Program-made: the position numbers and the translations under genes
The notes under the pieces: generated by a model
Database searches by the model: none
The model's input: only the letters and a program-made list of their open reading frames with translations
Told to the model about the DNA's origin: nothing
In this document: piece by piece, positions 31,728-41,586 of the stretch
How positions within the stretch are numbered: the first letter of the stretch is position 1
How the letters are laid out: each line of letters opens with the position of its first letter
Source of the DNA: an uncultured Spirochaetota bacterium
Lineage (GTDB): Bacteria > Spirochaetota > UBA4802 > UBA5550
DNA: 64,000 bases
Direction of reading: 5' to 3'
Assembly (NCBI GenBank): GCA_963827275.1
Contig: CAWHAA010000005.1
Span: 704,001-768,000, forward strand

Positions 31728-32237
31728 ATGGGTACATCGCGTCGCATTCTTATCTCAGCAGGAATCATCATTCTGGCCGTTGTGACGATACTCGTCATCG
31801 ATTCATTCCGCCGGGGCGGCGGTCTGTACCGCGCCCTGCACGAGGGAAAGGAAAAGTTTACCGCTGCATGCGTTCCGGTTTATTCAGGAGCGGCGCAGCC
31901 GGCCAGCTTCTGCGAGGCGGACGCGGCGAAGCTCGCTATAAAAAGCTTTGTGGACAAGGATGAGAACAAGAAGCAGGAAGGATGGCTCCTCCGCGACGTG
32001 GTGCTTCTCTCCGTCAAGAAGGAGAGCCTGAAGCCTGAAACACGGGTCCTGGTAGCAAGCTCAAGCCGCAACAAGAAGGCCGAACTGACCTGGAAGGACG
32101 TGTCCGACGAATCGAACATGGTCATCCTGGCGCCCACCAAGCAGGGCAGCCTGAAGCTCGCGTCGGCAATGAAGGGCCTCGATACCCGCGAGCAATGGGT
32201 CCAGGACGTTGACCGGATCGAGATCGTCCGTCAATGA
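31728..32237 (+). CDS. membrane-anchored protein with molybdopterin-oxidoreductase-like fold
   Basis: N-terminal TM; EGWLLRDV, VILA...GSLKL, WVQDVDRIEIV resemble the Oxidored_molyb pattern. Confidence 0.6.
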   Translation: MGTSRRILISAGIIILAVVTILVIDSFRRGGGLYRALHEGKEKFTAACVPVYSGAAQPASFCEADAAKLAIKSFVDKDENKKQEGWLLRDVVLLSVKKESLKPETRVLVASSSRNKKAELTWKDVSDESNMVILAPTKQGSLKLASAMKGLDTREQWVQDVDRIEIVRQ

Positions 32238-32780
32238 CCGAGCGCTACTTCTCCACGTTCCAGCTCTTCCTGCTCGCCCTCTTCGCGGCGCTCATCGTCG
32301 TGGCGAAGATCGCTCTGCACCTTCCCCTCCAGCTCTCCGGTCACTCCGGGATCTTCTGGATGGCGGTGATCATCGTCGCCGCGCGGGTGGTGCCGAAGCG
32401 GGGCGCGGCAAGCCTGGTGGGGCTTACGTCGGGCATCATGGCCGCGTTCCTGGGCCTCGGCGACCTGGGCGGCCTGAACACCCTCTTGTCCTACACGATG
32501 GCGGGCGTCGGCGCGGACCTCGGACTGCTCCTCCTCCGCGACCCTGAAAACTACGCGTGCGCGGCGCTTGCCGGCACGTTCGGCCACCTGTGCAAGTTCA
32601 TGGTGAAGTGGGCCTTCGGCATGATGTCGGGCGCACCGGTGGGGTTCGTCGCCCTCGGCCTCGCCAAGGCACTTGTCGGCTATCATCATCTTCGGCGCGC
32701 TGGGCGGCTTTTTAGGGGCCCTGACCCTCAGGGCGCTCAGGCGGGCGGGGTTTTTCACCTATTTGATGGAGAAAAAGTAA
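32234..32780 (+). CDS. ECF transporter S component (apparent frameshift near 32685)
   Basis: about 180 aa hydrophobic, ALFAAL (AxxxA) in helix 1, GHSGIFWM, PKRGAA. Confidence 0.85.
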
Positions 32781-32876
32781 ATATCCGCATCAATCTCATC
32801 ATATAGCAAATTGTCTTCATTGCTCAATTCGTTGAAATACAAAGGCAAAGTCTTCTCAAAAAATCAACCATAAAAA

Positions 32877-33032
32877 TGTCCGCCTGCAGGGCGGACAAAC
32901 ATATCGGGCGTCTGTCTGAAATCGAATCCCGCGAAGCGGGTTCGATGAGTTACGCCCGTAGCCAGTCGCGGCACTTGAGCGACCGGGATGGGGGAGCGCG
33001 AGGGGGAAGGACGGAGTGTCCTTCACCCTCGC
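32877..33032. repeat. cluster of GC-rich hairpins between convergent genes
   Basis: TGTCCGCC/GGCGGACA; ATCGAA.CCCGC-GAA-GCGGGTTCGAT; GCGAGGG.GAAGGAC/GTCCTTC.CCCTCGC. Confidence 0.65.
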
Positions 33033-33033
33033 C

Positions 33034-35541
33034 CTAAAGCTTCGCCTCGAATCCGCCGTAGCACATAAACCCAGGCCCGGGATTGAACGGGTCCGGGTTG
33101 TAATCATCGAGGATATTTTTAAAGAGCAGATACAGGGTAAAGTGCTCCCACATCTCCTGCGCCACCCGCACGTTCAGGTTGAACCGGTCATGCAGCCGCA
33201 CCGCGGTAAAAAACTTCCTCGAATAATAGGCCGCGAACGGCGACGTCGGCTCGGGCGGCCGCACCTGCTGGGCGTACATGACCTGGTCGATAAGCGCGGT
33301 GCCCCAGAGCCCGAACGAGGTGCCGGTCGTGAATGAAAACCGGACGTCGGCGATGACCTGGTGGGCGGGCGTGTTTTCAAGGAATATCCCCTTGTTCACC
33401 GCCTCCTCCCACGAGGTGTCGCGGTTCCTTGCGTGGAGATAGACATAGGAGAGCGATGCATTGATGTCCATGACGCCGGCGATATCCTTCTTTTCGTACG
33501 ATACCGCCGTCTCCAGCCCGTGCGAGTCGACCCGCGAGATGTTCACCGGCGGCTCCTCGCCCCCGGCTATTTTTTCGATGCGGTTCTTCACGATGCTGAA
33601 AAAATAATCAGCGCCTAATTCGATTGACCCGTCCAGCAGGCTGAATTTCGGCCCGGCGTTGAAGTTATAGGACCGCTCCGGCCTGAGGCCCCGGTCATAG
33701 AGAAGGTACGAGACCTTCTCGTACTCGCCCAGGGTCGGGAACCTCGTCTTCATGGAGAACGCGCCCCGGAGCTTCATTAGGTCCTTTACCGCGTCGAATA
33801 CGATGCCCGCCACCGGGTTGAACGAGTCGCGCGTCCCCCAGATGAGCGAATCGTCCTTGACCATATACGCGCCGGTGTAAATATACGAATAATCAGCCGG
33901 CCGCGCTTTATGCGTGACAAAGTCCTGCGCGTCATAGGAGACGCCGGCGGTGATCTTCAGCCGGTCTTTGATGGATATCTCATCCTCTATGGCAACGGTG
34001 AGAAAATACGCCTTCAGGTAATTGACCTTGTACTTCGACATGCCGTAGAGCCTGTATGTCTCAAAGCTCCAGAGCGGCGACTTCGCCTGCTGGCGCGCGT
34101 CCATCTCGTCGCCGCGCCAGAGCAGGGCCATGGAAAGCCTGTTCCAGGACGCTATCCTGACCGACGGGTACACCTGCACGCCGTAGGACACATAGGTCTT
34201 GTAGTCATACACGGGCTCATAGTAGGACGCGTCTTTTGAAAGGACCGCGGGCGGGTCCTTGGCATAGATGTGTGCGTTGTCGAGGTAACCCTCCTGCTTC
34301 GCGTAGGTCTGTGAGTAGAAGCCCTGCAGCTTCACGCTGAATATCCTGTGAGTGAATTTCAGGTAGGGCGACACGCTGAACGCGTACTTCTCGGGCCAGG
34401 CAAAGGACCGGTTTGCCAGCGCGGCCTTTTTCAGGTCTTTGGGGATCATAAAATTGAAGACCGGCTCTCCCCATGCCAGGTTATTGATCTTGTAGTCTCC
34501 GTAGCACCGGTTCTGGTAGGTGCTGGTATGCCCCGATCCGTAATTGAACCGCGCTGCAACGCCGACATCAAGGGCGTCGTTCAATTCATATCCCACCCGC
34601 GCGGAGGCGTTGTATTTCCTGTAATCGGCATGGTTCCAGCGTCCGGCATCGAGGAGGTACTGCCATGGCCCCGGTATGTTCATGGCCGCGGGGCCGGCGC
34701 CATATACATAATAGCGCACCAGCCTGTTCAGCCAGTCGAGCCGCTTCGCGCGGGTCAGGCTCCGTGATGGGCGGTATCCGTCCGAGTTCTGCGCCGAGCC
34801 GGTGACCCAGCCGTAGAAATTCTTGTAGGGTCCTCCCGCTGCCGCGTCGAAGGTATAGCTATTGTACATACCGTATTCGCCCCCGCCCTGCACGAACAGC
34901 CGGTCCGGTTTTTTCGAAACGATGTTGACCGCGCCCGCGGCGCCGCTCGTCCCGTAGAGCGCGGACGACACGCCCCGGTTCACGTAGATGCGCGAGATGT
35001 TCTTCACCGTGAGGTCGGAGATGTCGATGTCGGTCGCATACACGTCGGCCACCGGCACGCCGTCCACCAGGATCGCTATCTTGTCCTGGTCGAAGCCGCG
35101 CATCTTCACGCGCTGGTGCCCCTTCTGGTGCGCCTCCACCTGCACGCCCGGCACCGTGGCGAGCGCCTCGTCGAGCGTCCGGTCCCCGTGCGCCTTCAGG
35201 TCCTTCTGTTTTAATTCGGTGGTAGTGGCGGCCTCGTCGATGTGGGCGATGGCCTCGCCCCGCACCACGATCTCGCCGATGGTGAAGACGCCGTGCTTTC
35301 CGCCCCTTCTCTTCCCGCGCTCGCCGTCTTCGCCATCTTTTTTTACGTCAGCGGGCGCATCTGCTTTCATATCTGCGGCGCTCTCAACAGCCGGCTTTTC
35401 TGCCGCCTCATCGGCCGGTCCAGGCTTTTGCGCGAAAAGCGGCGGTGATGACGCGAGTGCGATTATCGCCGCCAGAGCGGCAAGCACGACGCGCGCTTTC
35501 GCGCGCGACGTGCTTCTGAATGCTACCAGAGTCCAGCCCAT
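33034..35541 (-). CDS. TonB-dependent receptor (copy 1)
   Basis: TIGEIVV TonB box, plug (PGV..MRGF..ILVDGVP, SSALYG..GAVNIVSK), LRPERS, KNILD..PG C-terminus. Confidence 0.93.
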   Translation of the reverse strand: MGWTLVAFRSTSRAKARVVLAALAAIIALASSPPLFAQKPGPADEAAEKPAVESAADMKADAPADVKKDGEDGERGKRRGGKHGVFTIGEIVVRGEAIAHIDEAATTTELKQKDLKAHGDRTLDEALATVPGVQVEAHQKGHQRVKMRGFDQDKIAILVDGVPVADVYATDIDISDLTVKNISRIYVNRGVSSALYGTSGAAGAVNIVSKKPDRLFVQGGGEYGMYNSYTFDAAAGGPYKNFYGWVTGSAQNSDGYRPSRSLTRAKRLDWLNRLVRYYVYGAGPAAMNIPGPWQYLLDAGRWNHADYRKYNASARVGYELNDALDVGVAARFNYGSGHTSTYQNRCYGDYKINNLAWGEPVFNFMIPKDLKKAALANRSFAWPEKYAFSVSPYLKFTHRIFSVKLQGFYSQTYAKQEGYLDNAHIYAKDPPAVLSKDASYYEPVYDYKTYVSYGVQVYPSVRIASWNRLSMALLWRGDEMDARQQAKSPLWSFETYRLYGMSKYKVNYLKAYFLTVAIEDEISIKDRLKITAGVSYDAQDFVTHKARPADYSYIYTGAYMVKDDSLIWGTRDSFNPVAGIVFDAVKDLMKLRGAFSMKTRFPTLGEYEKVSYLLYDRGLRPERSYNFNAGPKFSLLDGSIELGADYFFSIVKNRIEKIAGGEEPPVNISRVDSHGLETAVSYEKKDIAGVMDINASLSYVYLHARNRDTSWEEAVNKGIFLENTPAHQVIADVRFSFTTGTSFGLWGTALIDQVMYAQQVRPPEPTSPFAAYYSRKFFTAVRLHDRFNLNVRVAQEMWEHFTLYLLFKNILDDYNPDPFNPGPGFMCYGGFEAKL

Positions 35542-35567
35542 ACTGCAGACTTTTTCCGCTGCTTCGC

Positions 35568-36938
35568 TTAAGGAGCCACAAACAGACTGCCCGATTGCAG
35601 TTGCCAGTAACCATCGAAAGTGACTGATAACGGATTCGCACCGGAGTTTATTGTCAATGTCGAGGCCGTGCTGGTATATCCCACGCCATTATAAAGAATA
35701 TACCGGTCATACCTGCCGTCAATATTGGTGCCAGTTCTATAATCATAGAATACAAGCACATAGTAAGAACCGGGAATTATATCCGCTACATCAATGGTGG
35801 CTGTACCGCCCGTTGTGGTGACAGGGCTCCCCGAAACGCCGGTGTAAATCGGCATGTACTGGTTGCGGGTTCCCGTCCCCAGCACACTGTATAAATACAC
35901 ACATATGTTCATGGTCCCCCGGTTCGCATCGTCAGGAGGAATAGGGCCATTATAGGTTGCACTCACGGAAAGAGTTCCACTTTCTGCCGTCGTAAGATAG
36001 GCTGCATCAGTCTGTAATACGCTTGTATCACCGAAGGTAATATCCGGCAATGTCATGTCTGCATTTACTACTATGAATTGTTGCGCGTTCGCCCCATAGG
36101 GCGTGCCGGCAAAAAAAGTATACGGATCGTTCTCACTGTCGGGAGCAGTACCCTTGACTGAATCATAGAAAACCAGAGCGTAATAACTCCCCGCCAGTAC
36201 ACCGTTCACGGGAATCGTATATTCAGTGCCGGGCGTTATTTCTGCCGTTGTGGAGGCAGAATTAATGGGTAATGCCGGATTGGTCGTCGAAGTGCCCGGT
36301 GTCGAAGTATTGTAGAGATACACATAAATCCTCTTGCTGGCCTCGGATTCCGGCAAAGCTGCGGTGCCGGTATACGTGGCGTTAACTGTTACTGTATACG
36401 TAGTTGTTGACATAAAATAACTTTGAGTAAGAAGCACATTAGCATCAGTAAATGTTATTCCGCTCAATGTCACATCGCCGCTGATATTCACCTTTGAAGC
36501 AGAGGTTGTGTATGGGGTATTAGTGTACAGGACATAGGGATCGGTTTGATTGGCTTTATTTTCATTGTCGCCCCCATTAAGATCAAAGAAAACAAGAACA
36601 GAATAGTCGCCATCGCAGATACCGTTAATTGTAATACTGCTCAATCCCCCACTAACGATCGGGTCGGTCGTCGATCCTCTATATACCGGCGCCGGGTCCC
36701 TGGTAGTGAGGCCAAGACTCCTGTATAAATACACATACATCTTGCCAGTTCCCACCGGTGTACCGGTTAGCGTTGTTGAGCCGGTATAGGTCGCCGTCAC
36801 GGTCAGGGATGACTCGCCCTGACATTGTTGGAGAAAAAGCAGCGGATTGATCTCGTTGCTCTGTTCCTTGCAGGATGCGGCAAATAATATTATTCCAATG
36901 CACGCCAGTTGTATGATCTTTTTCATTCCAGCCTCCAT
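35568..36938 (-). CDS. lipoprotein with three ~135 aa internal repeats
   Basis: lipobox AASC; three copies of V.ATY.G..YVYLY..G.Y..LVF(F/Y)D..D.Y..(I/V)TF. Confidence 0.88.
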   Translation of the reverse strand: MEAGMKKIIQLACIGIILFAASCKEQSNEINPLLFLQQCQGESSLTVTATYTGSTTLTGTPVGTGKMYVYLYRSLGLTTRDPAPVYRGSTTDPIVSGGLSSITINGICDGDYSVLVFFDLNGGDNENKANQTDPYVLYTNTPYTTSASKVNISGDVTLSGITFTDANVLLTQSYFMSTTTYTVTVNATYTGTAALPESEASKRIYVYLYNTSTPGTSTTNPALPINSASTTAEITPGTEYTIPVNGVLAGSYYALVFYDSVKGTAPDSENDPYTFFAGTPYGANAQQFIVVNADMTLPDITFGDTSVLQTDAAYLTTAESGTLSVSATYNGPIPPDDANRGTMNICVYLYSVLGTGTRNQYMPIYTGVSGSPVTTTGGTATIDVADIIPGSYYVLVFYDYRTGTNIDGRYDRYILYNGVGYTSTASTLTINSGANPLSVTFDGYWQLQSGSLFVAP

Positions 36939-37044
36939 TTTATATCATTACAGAGTAAAACTGTAATAATTTCACTTTATGTCAATGATAAATTGTAGCT
37001 ATTAGTTAACAAATAGCTGTATTTATATCTATATTTTTTTATTT

Positions 37045-37101
37045 TCACTATTAATTACATTTAGTTACTAATTGTTACAAATTATTACAATTTTCTTGAC
37101 A
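37045..37101 (+). promoter_or_regulatory. 10-bp-phased TTAC direct-repeat array abutting TTGACA
   Basis: TTAC at 37055, 37065, 37075 and 37085 (TCAC at 37045); TTGACA at 37096. Confidence 0.75.
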
Positions 37102-37195
37102 AATTAATTCCATAAATAATGTTTTACATATGTTTAATATAACATAATTGGCCGGCTTTTATCAGCCATTATGCCTATGATCTTGTGGAGGATTT

Positions 37196-39670
37196 ATGAG
37201 AAAATTCATTATCGGTATCATTGCATTGTCTGCAGCGGCCGTGATCGGCGCCATGCCGGTCTCGGCGCAGGAGAAAAAGGGGGCTGAAGTGAAAGACCAG
37301 CCCGCAGCGGAGCAGGAGCAACAGCAGCCCGCTGAAGAAAAAAAGGACGTTACGGCACAGAAGTCTGACGTCTATACCATCGGCGAGATCGTCATCCGCG
37401 AAAAGGCGATCGCCAACGTGGAGGACGCCGCCACGACGACCGAGCTTACGCCGGAAAGCCTGAAGGCGCGCTCCGCGCATACGCTGGACCAGGCGCTCGA
37501 GACAGTGCCGGGCATGATCGTGAAGCAGGGACAGAAGGGCCAGATGAACTTTGACATGCGCGGGTTCAGGCACAACACGCTCGCCATCCTCGTGGACGGC
37601 CTCCCGTTCGAGGAGGTGTATGACGGCGGCGGGGGCGACATCTCCCGGATCCTGGTCATGAACGCGTCGAAAGTCGTCGTGAACCGGGGCACCTCGTCCG
37701 CGCTGTACGGCTCGCGCGGCGCCTTCGGCTCCATCAACGTGGTCACGAAAAAGCCGGAGCGCCTGAACTTCAAGGGCGGCGTCGAGGTCGACCAGTACGG
37801 CGGGTTCACCGTGAACGCATCGGGCGGCGCGGCATACAAGAATTTTTATTTCTGGCTCTCCGCCGCGGTCATGAAAAACAACAGCTACGAGATATCGAAC
37901 CAGCTCGGAAGATCGAAAGCGCTCCGGTGGATGAACCGGCTTCATCCCCTGGTACGTGTACGGACATGACCAGCGGATCATACACGCCGGCAATCGACCA
38001 TATTCACGGCGATGGGAATGGAATATATCCTCGACGACGACAGGTGGAACCACACCAATTCCATGAAATACTACGCGTCGGGCAAGGCCGGGTACACGGT
38101 CAACGACAATATCGAGTTCGGCCTGTCCGCCTCATACTACCAGGGCGAGATGAACTTCAACGGGTTTGAGATCAGCAGCTACTCGTCATACGTCCTGGAC
38201 GGGACCTGGGACGATCCCCGGAACAGCGAACATGTTCCAGAACCGCGCCTGGACACTGGCCCAAGGATTACCGGGTCAACGTGGCCCCCTACCTCACCCT
38301 CGAATTCGGCGACTTCTACATGAAGGCCATGTATTACTTCACCAGACAGGCGAACGTCCTCGAGGGATGGACGAACCAGGCGCAGTCAGCCATGTTCGAC
38401 AGGGGCAAGATGTCCGAGCACGACGAGACAAGCAACGGCTTTTACATTTATCCCTCGTATAAATTCGCGCCGTGGAACAAGCTGAACGCGCTCGATCCAC
38501 TACCGCATCGACCAGTTTTTAGAAATATAAAAAACGCCTTGCGCCCGTACGCGTCCGGCACCGCCAACTGGTATACGCCCTGGTTCAAGACGGCCGAGAT
38601 GTCGGCAAAGTACGTCGATGTCGCGCTGGAGGATGAATTCAAATTCAACACGCCGGCGGGCGACCTGCGTTTTCCCTCGGCATCTCGTATGACGCGCAGA
38701 AGCTGTCGACAAACCGGGGCGGCCGCTACAACATCAACGGCGACGAGGACATCACCGGGCTCCTTCGCTCGACCGCATGAAACCGGAGAACACCTCCCTG
38801 ATATGGGGCACCGGCGACGGGTTCAACCCGGTCTTCGCGCTGGTGTACGAGCCGGTCAAGGACATGCTGAAGATCAGGGGCACCTTGTCGCAGAAGATCA
38901 AAGTTCCCGACCCTGCACGAGTACGCGGATTCCTCCGACTATATCGACGAATACTTCATGAGCGATCCCGGCGCTGCTGCCGCTGGTGATCAAGCTGAAC
39001 CAGATCAAGCCGGAAACATCGTACAACGCCAACGCGGGATTCGAGCTCGACCTCCTCGACAAGAGCCCTGAACCTGAGAGGGCGATTATTTCTACGCCTT
39101 CTATAAAAACAAGATCGAGAGCGTCTCCGACCCGAATGCCGCGGTGGGCAACCAGACACGCTATACGAACATCAAGGGGCGGGAGGTACACGGCGTGGAG
39201 AGCCACGTCGGCGCCACGATAGGCAAAAACCTGCTGAAAATCCTCGACATGAAGCCCTCCGCGACCTACGTATTCACCGCACGCGCGCGACTGGTACGAC
39301 GCGCCGGTGGTGAAGGGGGCGAAGGTCGCAGGAGACCCCGGCCCACCAGCTGATACTCCAGCTGAAGCTGGATTTCATATCGGGAACGGGCCTCAACCTC
39401 TGGACAACGCCACCTTCAACCAGATGATGTACGTGCAGCAGATACCGACGACGCATACTCGGCGTCCGGTCTCTCGTACTTCCACGCAGGTGTACACGAC
39501 CAAGAAACTCCACGATCCCTTCATGTTCAACATCACGGATATCGCAGCGGATCGTGGACCACTTTGAGCTCTGGGTGATGTGCAAGAACATGCTCGACGA
39601 CTACAATGCCGACCCCTTCAACCCGGGTCCCGGCAGGACCTGGTATTTCGGCGGGGACGCGGAGTTTTAA
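37196..39670 (+). CDS. TonB-dependent receptor (copy 2); many frameshifts, either sequencing error or pseudogene
   Basis: intact plug in 37196-37969; fragments parallel copy 1 (LIWGT.D.FNPV, IKPETSYN.NAG, KNMLDDYNADPFNPGPG...AEF*). Confidence 0.85.
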
Positions 39671-39685
39671 TCCTTGACAAAGCAG

Positions 39686-39720
39686 ACCGCGTGGGGCGAC
39701 ATGCCTCCACGCGGTTTTTT
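39686..39720 (+). terminator. intrinsic terminator
   Basis: ACCGCGTGG/CCACGCGGT stem followed by a T run. Confidence 0.8.
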
Positions 39721-39762
39721 CATCACGCACCACTATCTGACAATTCATTGACAGGTACAATC

Positions 39763-40831
39763 ATGAAACAAGTCACTATGCATACTAACCTACCGCCCTT
39801 GCTGCTCTCATGCGTTGTCCCCTTCACCGGCTGCGGGCAGAAGATCACCGAGATCATGACGGTCACCGGGGCGACGCCGCTCGCGCTGCAGGAATCCGTG
39901 CCTTCCGGCAGGTCGCTCACTATCACCGGACTGGTCAAAAAGGAATATGATCTTTCTTCGTACACGCTGAACAAGTTCGCGACGACCCGCATCCGCACCA
40001 GGGAAGTTTCCGCCGGCAGGGGAATTCGAGGGGGCATATGTGTATACCGGCATCCCGCTCTACAACATACTCGAAGGGAGTGTCGCCGCAGAAGCCGAAA
40101 AGCGCCGTCTTCGACAGGCCGCTTGACATCCTTGTCACGTTCCATGCCGCTTCCGGGAAAACGTCACGGTTCAGCTACTGGCGAGCTGATCATGACCGAC
40201 GACCGCCATCCCTTCACGCTCGCGTTCCACCGCCGGCAGGTGCTCCCGCATAAAAACCCGGAACAATACACGAAAAACAGATATAAAGACAATATCCAGG
40301 GGCTCAGGCTCATCTGCCCGCGCGACCCGGACACCTCGCGCTACCTTGATGACGTGACGAAGATAACCTTTTCAGTGTTTAAGACGCCGGACGACATCCT
40401 CCCCGTTACGAAGAAAGGAAAGAAATGCTCGTCAGACGGAATAACGGTCATCCGCGGCGGCACCGCAGGGCCGGCTTCGTTCGTGAACGTCGCCAGGTCA
40501 AAGGCAGCCGGCTGGGTGCGCATCGGCCACGGCCAGGGGTTCAAGGGGATATCGGGGGCGGAGGGATACGAGCCTCCGTTCATTCCTTAAAAAAAACTTC
40601 AGGGATTGCGGTCCTGACAGCTTCTTTATCTTCGTCGCCTGCGACGGGTACCGCGCCCTCTTCTCCGGCCGCGAGATATTCCTCTCCGGCGACGGGGCGT
40701 CATACATGATCGTTGACTCGCTTGACGGGAAGAAGGCGACCGGCAACTACATGCTCGCGCCGGTGGACGACTATTTCGTGGACCGCGACGTGTGGGGGCT
40801 CACCCACGTCGTCATGCTCGACGTAAAGTGA
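39763..40831 (+). CDS. probable lipoprotein with two molybdopterin-oxidoreductase-like domains (about 3 apparent frameshifts)
   Basis: FTGC lipobox; LTITGLV, YTGIPLYNILE, FSY-GEL, LRLICPRD..RYLDDV; second domain FVACDGYRALFSGREI..RDVWGL. Confidence 0.7.
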
Positions 40832-40838
40832 GGGGGCC

Positions 40839-41585
40839 ATGTTCACGACCAACAACCACCTGTATCTCTATGTCGCGGTCGGCATGTTTGCCGTCTCCCT
40901 CGCCCTCTGCCTGGCCAGGGCGCGGTCGGCCGGGTTGACCGCGTTCCTTCCCGGCCTGGCCCTCTATTCCCTCTACCTCGCCGGCAGGGCATGGATCGCC
41001 GGGACCTTCATTCCGAACCCGGTGATTGAGGGGCCCTACCTGCTCCCCTGGTGCCTCGGCGTCATCGCGCTGCTCATGATCGCGCGGCGCGACGGCCGCT
41101 GGTGGTACGTCCTTGTCCCGCTCCTGGTCTTCTCAGGGTTCGCGCTCTATTACGCGAGGGGGATCATCCCCCCGACGCCGAACAAGCTGACGCCGTGGAT
41201 CATCGCATTTTTCGTCCCGGAGGTGTTCGCGCACGCCTGCTTCTACTGCGGCGCGGTGTTCGCCGCGTTCCTCCTCGCCGGACGCGAGCGGGCTGAAACC
41301 TTCCACCGGTTCATGGTGTGGGGCTTCGTGCTCTACTCCGTGGCCCAGGTGACCGGCGCGGTATGGTGCTACCTTGGCTGGGGCAACACCTTCCAGTGGG
41401 GGCCCCGTCACATGAGCTCCGCCGCGGTCTGGCTCATCTGTGCCGCCTATATCCACCTGAAATACATCCCCGGCTGGAACGGCAGGCGCCGGGCCTGGTT
41501 CGCGATCGCCGCCGCGGTCGTGGTGCTCGCGGTGACGAGCAATTCTTACCTGCGCGAAATGAACTTTCCCCGGATCGGAGGCTGA
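40839..41585 (+). CDS. CcsA/CcmC-superfamily membrane protein with divergent WWD motif
   Basis: TGAVW...WGNTFQWGPRH...WLI.AAYIH. Confidence 0.85.
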   Translation: MFTTNNHLYLYVAVGMFAVSLALCLARARSAGLTAFLPGLALYSLYLAGRAWIAGTFIPNPVIEGPYLLPWCLGVIALLMIARRDGRWWYVLVPLLVFSGFALYYARGIIPPTPNKLTPWIIAFFVPEVFAHACFYCGAVFAAFLLAGRERAETFHRFMVWGFVLYSVAQVTGAVWCYLGWGNTFQWGPRHMSSAAVWLICAAYIHLKYIPGWNGRRRAWFAIAAAVVVLAVTSNSYLREMNFPRIGG

Positions 41586-41586
41586 C

